From: Trypanosoma brucei
Lineage: Eukaryota
Reading direction: 5' to 3'
Length of the DNA stretch: 64,000 bases
Assembly: GCA_000002445.1 (NCBI GenBank)
Contig: CH464491.1
Span: 4,480,001 to 4,544,000 of the forward strand
The notes beneath the pieces are model-generated. The model did not search any database and was not told where the DNA came from. It saw nothing but the letters and a program-made list of their open reading frames with translations. The position numbers were made by a program, and so were the translations under genes. Of the stretch, positions 61,081 to 64,000 are shown one piece after another. Position 1 is the stretch's first letter. The number at the start of each line of letters is the position of its first letter.

Positions 61081-61269
61081 TGGCCGCTGCTTTTGTAGAT
61101 TCGTATTATTTTTGCATTCTAAAATTTTAATTATTATTGCTCAAGTTTATGAAACTTGCTGAAATTTGATATATTTTAATATTTTTGTATATCCTTTAAA
61201 ATATTTGAGAATCTAAAATGGTTGTATGACTTTAGCCCATAGGTGGATATAACAATGGTTATAGAGCAT

Positions 61270-61700
<431 letters not shown>

Positions 61701-63423
61701 ACCCTCTATAAGATGCACTTGAAACAATGTACAAGGGTGTAATGGCAGTAAGGTGGTAATACAGTGAGGAAGAAAGTGTAATATTATTAGGTGAAACGCC
61801 GAAATACAAAGAGGGATATGATGAAGGAGATAGAATATGTACAGTTACATGCACAAAAATGATGATGAGCATCATCATACACAATGAGATTAAGGAGTGA
61901 CAGAGTGGAATGTATACATGCCATATGGAGCGGTGATGTTATCCCAAGGTGTGTGAAAGAAAACGGAAGTCAAGGAAAGAAAAAACTAAATAAAAAGACA
62001 GTAGACATGAGAGTCCAGAACTAAGAAGATAATACATGAGGATGAACCTATGATGGCCAACATTTCACACAGAAGTGGATAGATGTTGCTGCAAAAATTG
62101 TGTTGAATGGAAATTTAAGCTGATGTCAGATCCTAATGTACGGTTGTGAAGAAAATTCAATAAATGGAGAAGGAGAAAGAGAATAGGTAAGTGTCAGGTA
62201 AATTTGAAGAAATGTTTTCATCAGATATACTAGTACACAATAAAAGTTGTGGAAAACAATATAATTCTATCGGAAAGAAGAATGTTGAAACCAGTAATTC
62301 TAATCGATTACCATTGAAAAACAAAAAAGTAGAATAAAGACGCGGAAAATGATTAAATTAGCACATGTATGAATCTTCTGGAAAGGGTTGTGAAGTAGAT
62401 ATAGTTGGTATAAAAACTACACTACTTCCATGCTGGTACAGGTCCAAAGATTAACCTGCATAAAATGTTTGTTCGCTAAATATTAAGTTCAAACTGAACC
62501 CATTTAATAACTAGAATAAAGGTTTCGAAGAAGCCAAGGTAGTTGTAAAATTGACCATAATACAACTTGCACAATCAGCCTCGAAACAGTCGTTGTTCGA
62601 AGGAATCCTAGCCTGGACGAACCGCCGGGGACTATGCGCAGACGTTACATTGTAAATGAATTGGCAAGTAACAAGCCAAATTTAAGGACAAATAGACTAC
62701 AGTAGCAACCATAATATTTGAATAACCAAGTTTATATATAAGAATCAGGTTTTATAGCAGAAAAGAATTAGACTTAATCAGCAATAGAAGCAATAGATAT
62801 AGATGCTGAGTGACACACATTGCAATGGAAATTAGCAAAATTGCTATTAAACTGCGTGTTTCTAACAGAAGTCTCGACCGTGGAGGCACCCTCAACGTAG
62901 CTATCAAATTGTCAAGACTGAATCCTTGAGAAATGAAATGGGTGACCGAAAAGGGAAGGTTAAACAGAATCAGAGAAGAATTTTAAAAACTGACGATCAA
63001 AGATTAACAAAATTTTCTATCGAAAATTTCTTCTTTAGAAGAAAAGCAATGGCAGTAGCTAGTAAAGTTAGACAAAAAACATACAACATACAACGACAAC
63101 AAACGAAACTAAAATTTAAACTGACAAGAAAAAGGCAAAGATGCACAGGGCAGGTAGAGGTCAGTTTTCCCGACAATAGATTGAGTCAAATATCCAAGAT
63201 GCAGTACCCAGGAAGCGACACACTCAGCCAGCAAACAAGACCTGAAAAAGTGGCTCCACGAACATATCAGGTGCCTCCGAAAAAGCGTTGGATGTCTGCC
63301 CTACATTTTGGTTCACAGTGGAAATCTGTTTTTTTTTTACGGAAAATGCGGAGAAAACATCGACACTTGGACTAAATCCATAGTTCATTTATTAATTCAT
63401 TTACCATCCAGGTGAAGCTTAAC

Positions 63424-64000
63424 CGATGACCGGCAGAAAAGTCTCTATCACCAGCAAAAGTCTGTTGGCCGCCGTTGCAGCACTACTAACGCTAGTGTAT
63501 GCAACAAAGCCAGCATCAACAGCGGCCATAACCGATGCTGACACCGGCCCAGCACAGATAACAGACGTCTGCAAGGAAGAGTTTTATTTGTCTGAGCTGC
63601 GAAAAGAACTCGCGGCAGGAATCACCAGGCGGCGAACACAGAGACAGGGACTACTGAAGATACAGAAAAAGTACAGGCTGGCAGCGGACTTAGCAAGCAG
63701 CACAGAACAGCGTTGCCTTTACTCCGCTTTAGCTGCCAAGCTTGAGGAAAAAGCGGAGTCAGTACAACAGCAGGCCGACAAAGCCGACGACACAGCCACC
63801 ACAGCAATGGAGCTGATCGACGAACATGTAGGCAAACTCAAGTACGCACAGAAACTACTCAAAACAAAGCCAACCGTAGACGGCAGCGGCTACAGCCGAG
63901 CAAGCAGCGGGGGCAATATCCACCTAGAGTTAACACGGGAGACAATCGCCAGCGGCGGCTGCGCAGCAATTGACAGCTGGGCCAAATTCAGCAACACTCA
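63424..64000 (+). CDS. VSG: VSG, 5' part only (signal peptide plus start of the N-terminal domain). It runs off the window end and no frameshift is seen in the ~190 codons present.
   Basis: The ATG at 63424 gives MTGRKVSITSKSLLAAVAALLTLVYATKPASTAAITDADTGPAQITDVCKEEFYLSELRKELAAG... open to the end of the window. It is not in the ORF track because no stop is reached. Confidence 0.7.

Noticed and set aside
62926-63375. 149-aa lysine/arginine-rich ORF upstream of the last VSG.
   Set aside because: It is low-complexity and lies in the typical AT/purine-rich VSG upstream region. No motif was recognised. It is probably non-coding.

Overview
This window reads as an African trypanosome (Trypanosoma brucei-type) subtelomeric segment, not a prokaryotic locus, so no operons, CRISPR arrays or defence islands are expected. 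All calls below come from reading the sequence and recalling families by memory; nothing was searched.

From 5' to 3':
- **Partial large ORF (2..2110, minus strand):** at least 703 codons, running off the left edge of the window. It is missing from the ORF track because no stop falls inside the window. I do not recognise the product.
- **GC-rich island (~2.7-3.95 kb):** open in all six frames, with a (GT)n microsatellite and a poly-G run.
- **Leucine-rich-repeat-like remnants (~6.5-7.0 kb):** weakly supported.
- **Receptor-type adenylate cyclase (11738..15499, plus strand):** an intact GRESAG4/ESAG4-family gene. Its 5' flank and first ~57 codons are present again as an inverted copy, next to an assembly gap and poor-quality sequence.
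- **Partial rDNA unit:** 5.8S rRNA (~20103..20276), ITS2, and the first ~1.5 kb of LSU-alpha rRNA (20871..22375). No 18S lies upstream. A head-to-head pair of telomere hexamers sits at ~19.06-19.15 kb.
- **ingi/RIME-type non-LTR retrotransposon (22376..~27876):** it cuts the LSU rRNA at 22376. It has a 2A-like DVEENPGP peptide, an AP-endonuclease domain, a reverse transcriptase with an FADD motif, C2H2 zinc fingers, several frameshifts and a poly-A end. The rRNA does not resume after it.
- **VSG array (~28-64 kb):** at least nine VSG genes, pseudogenes or fragments. Six lie on the minus strand from 31.4 to 47.8 kb and at least four on the plus strand from 51.2 to 64 kb. Each is preceded by a 70-bp-repeat unit (a (TAA)n tract plus a GAGTGTGTATATAC core), and two of these are expanded into large triplet/hexamer arrays. 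VSG 3'UTR 16-mers are present.
- **Other elements in the array:** three copies of a glycosyltransferase-like (ESAG3-like?) pseudogene; a degenerate ingi-related endonuclease fragment; head-to-head TTAGGG/CCCTAA relics between a VSG 3' end and an orphan VSG C-terminal-domain fragment; and a ~4-5 kb tandem duplication of a VSG cassette with graded divergence.
- **Assembly gaps (N runs):** at ~9.92, ~30.1 and ~56.8 kb.
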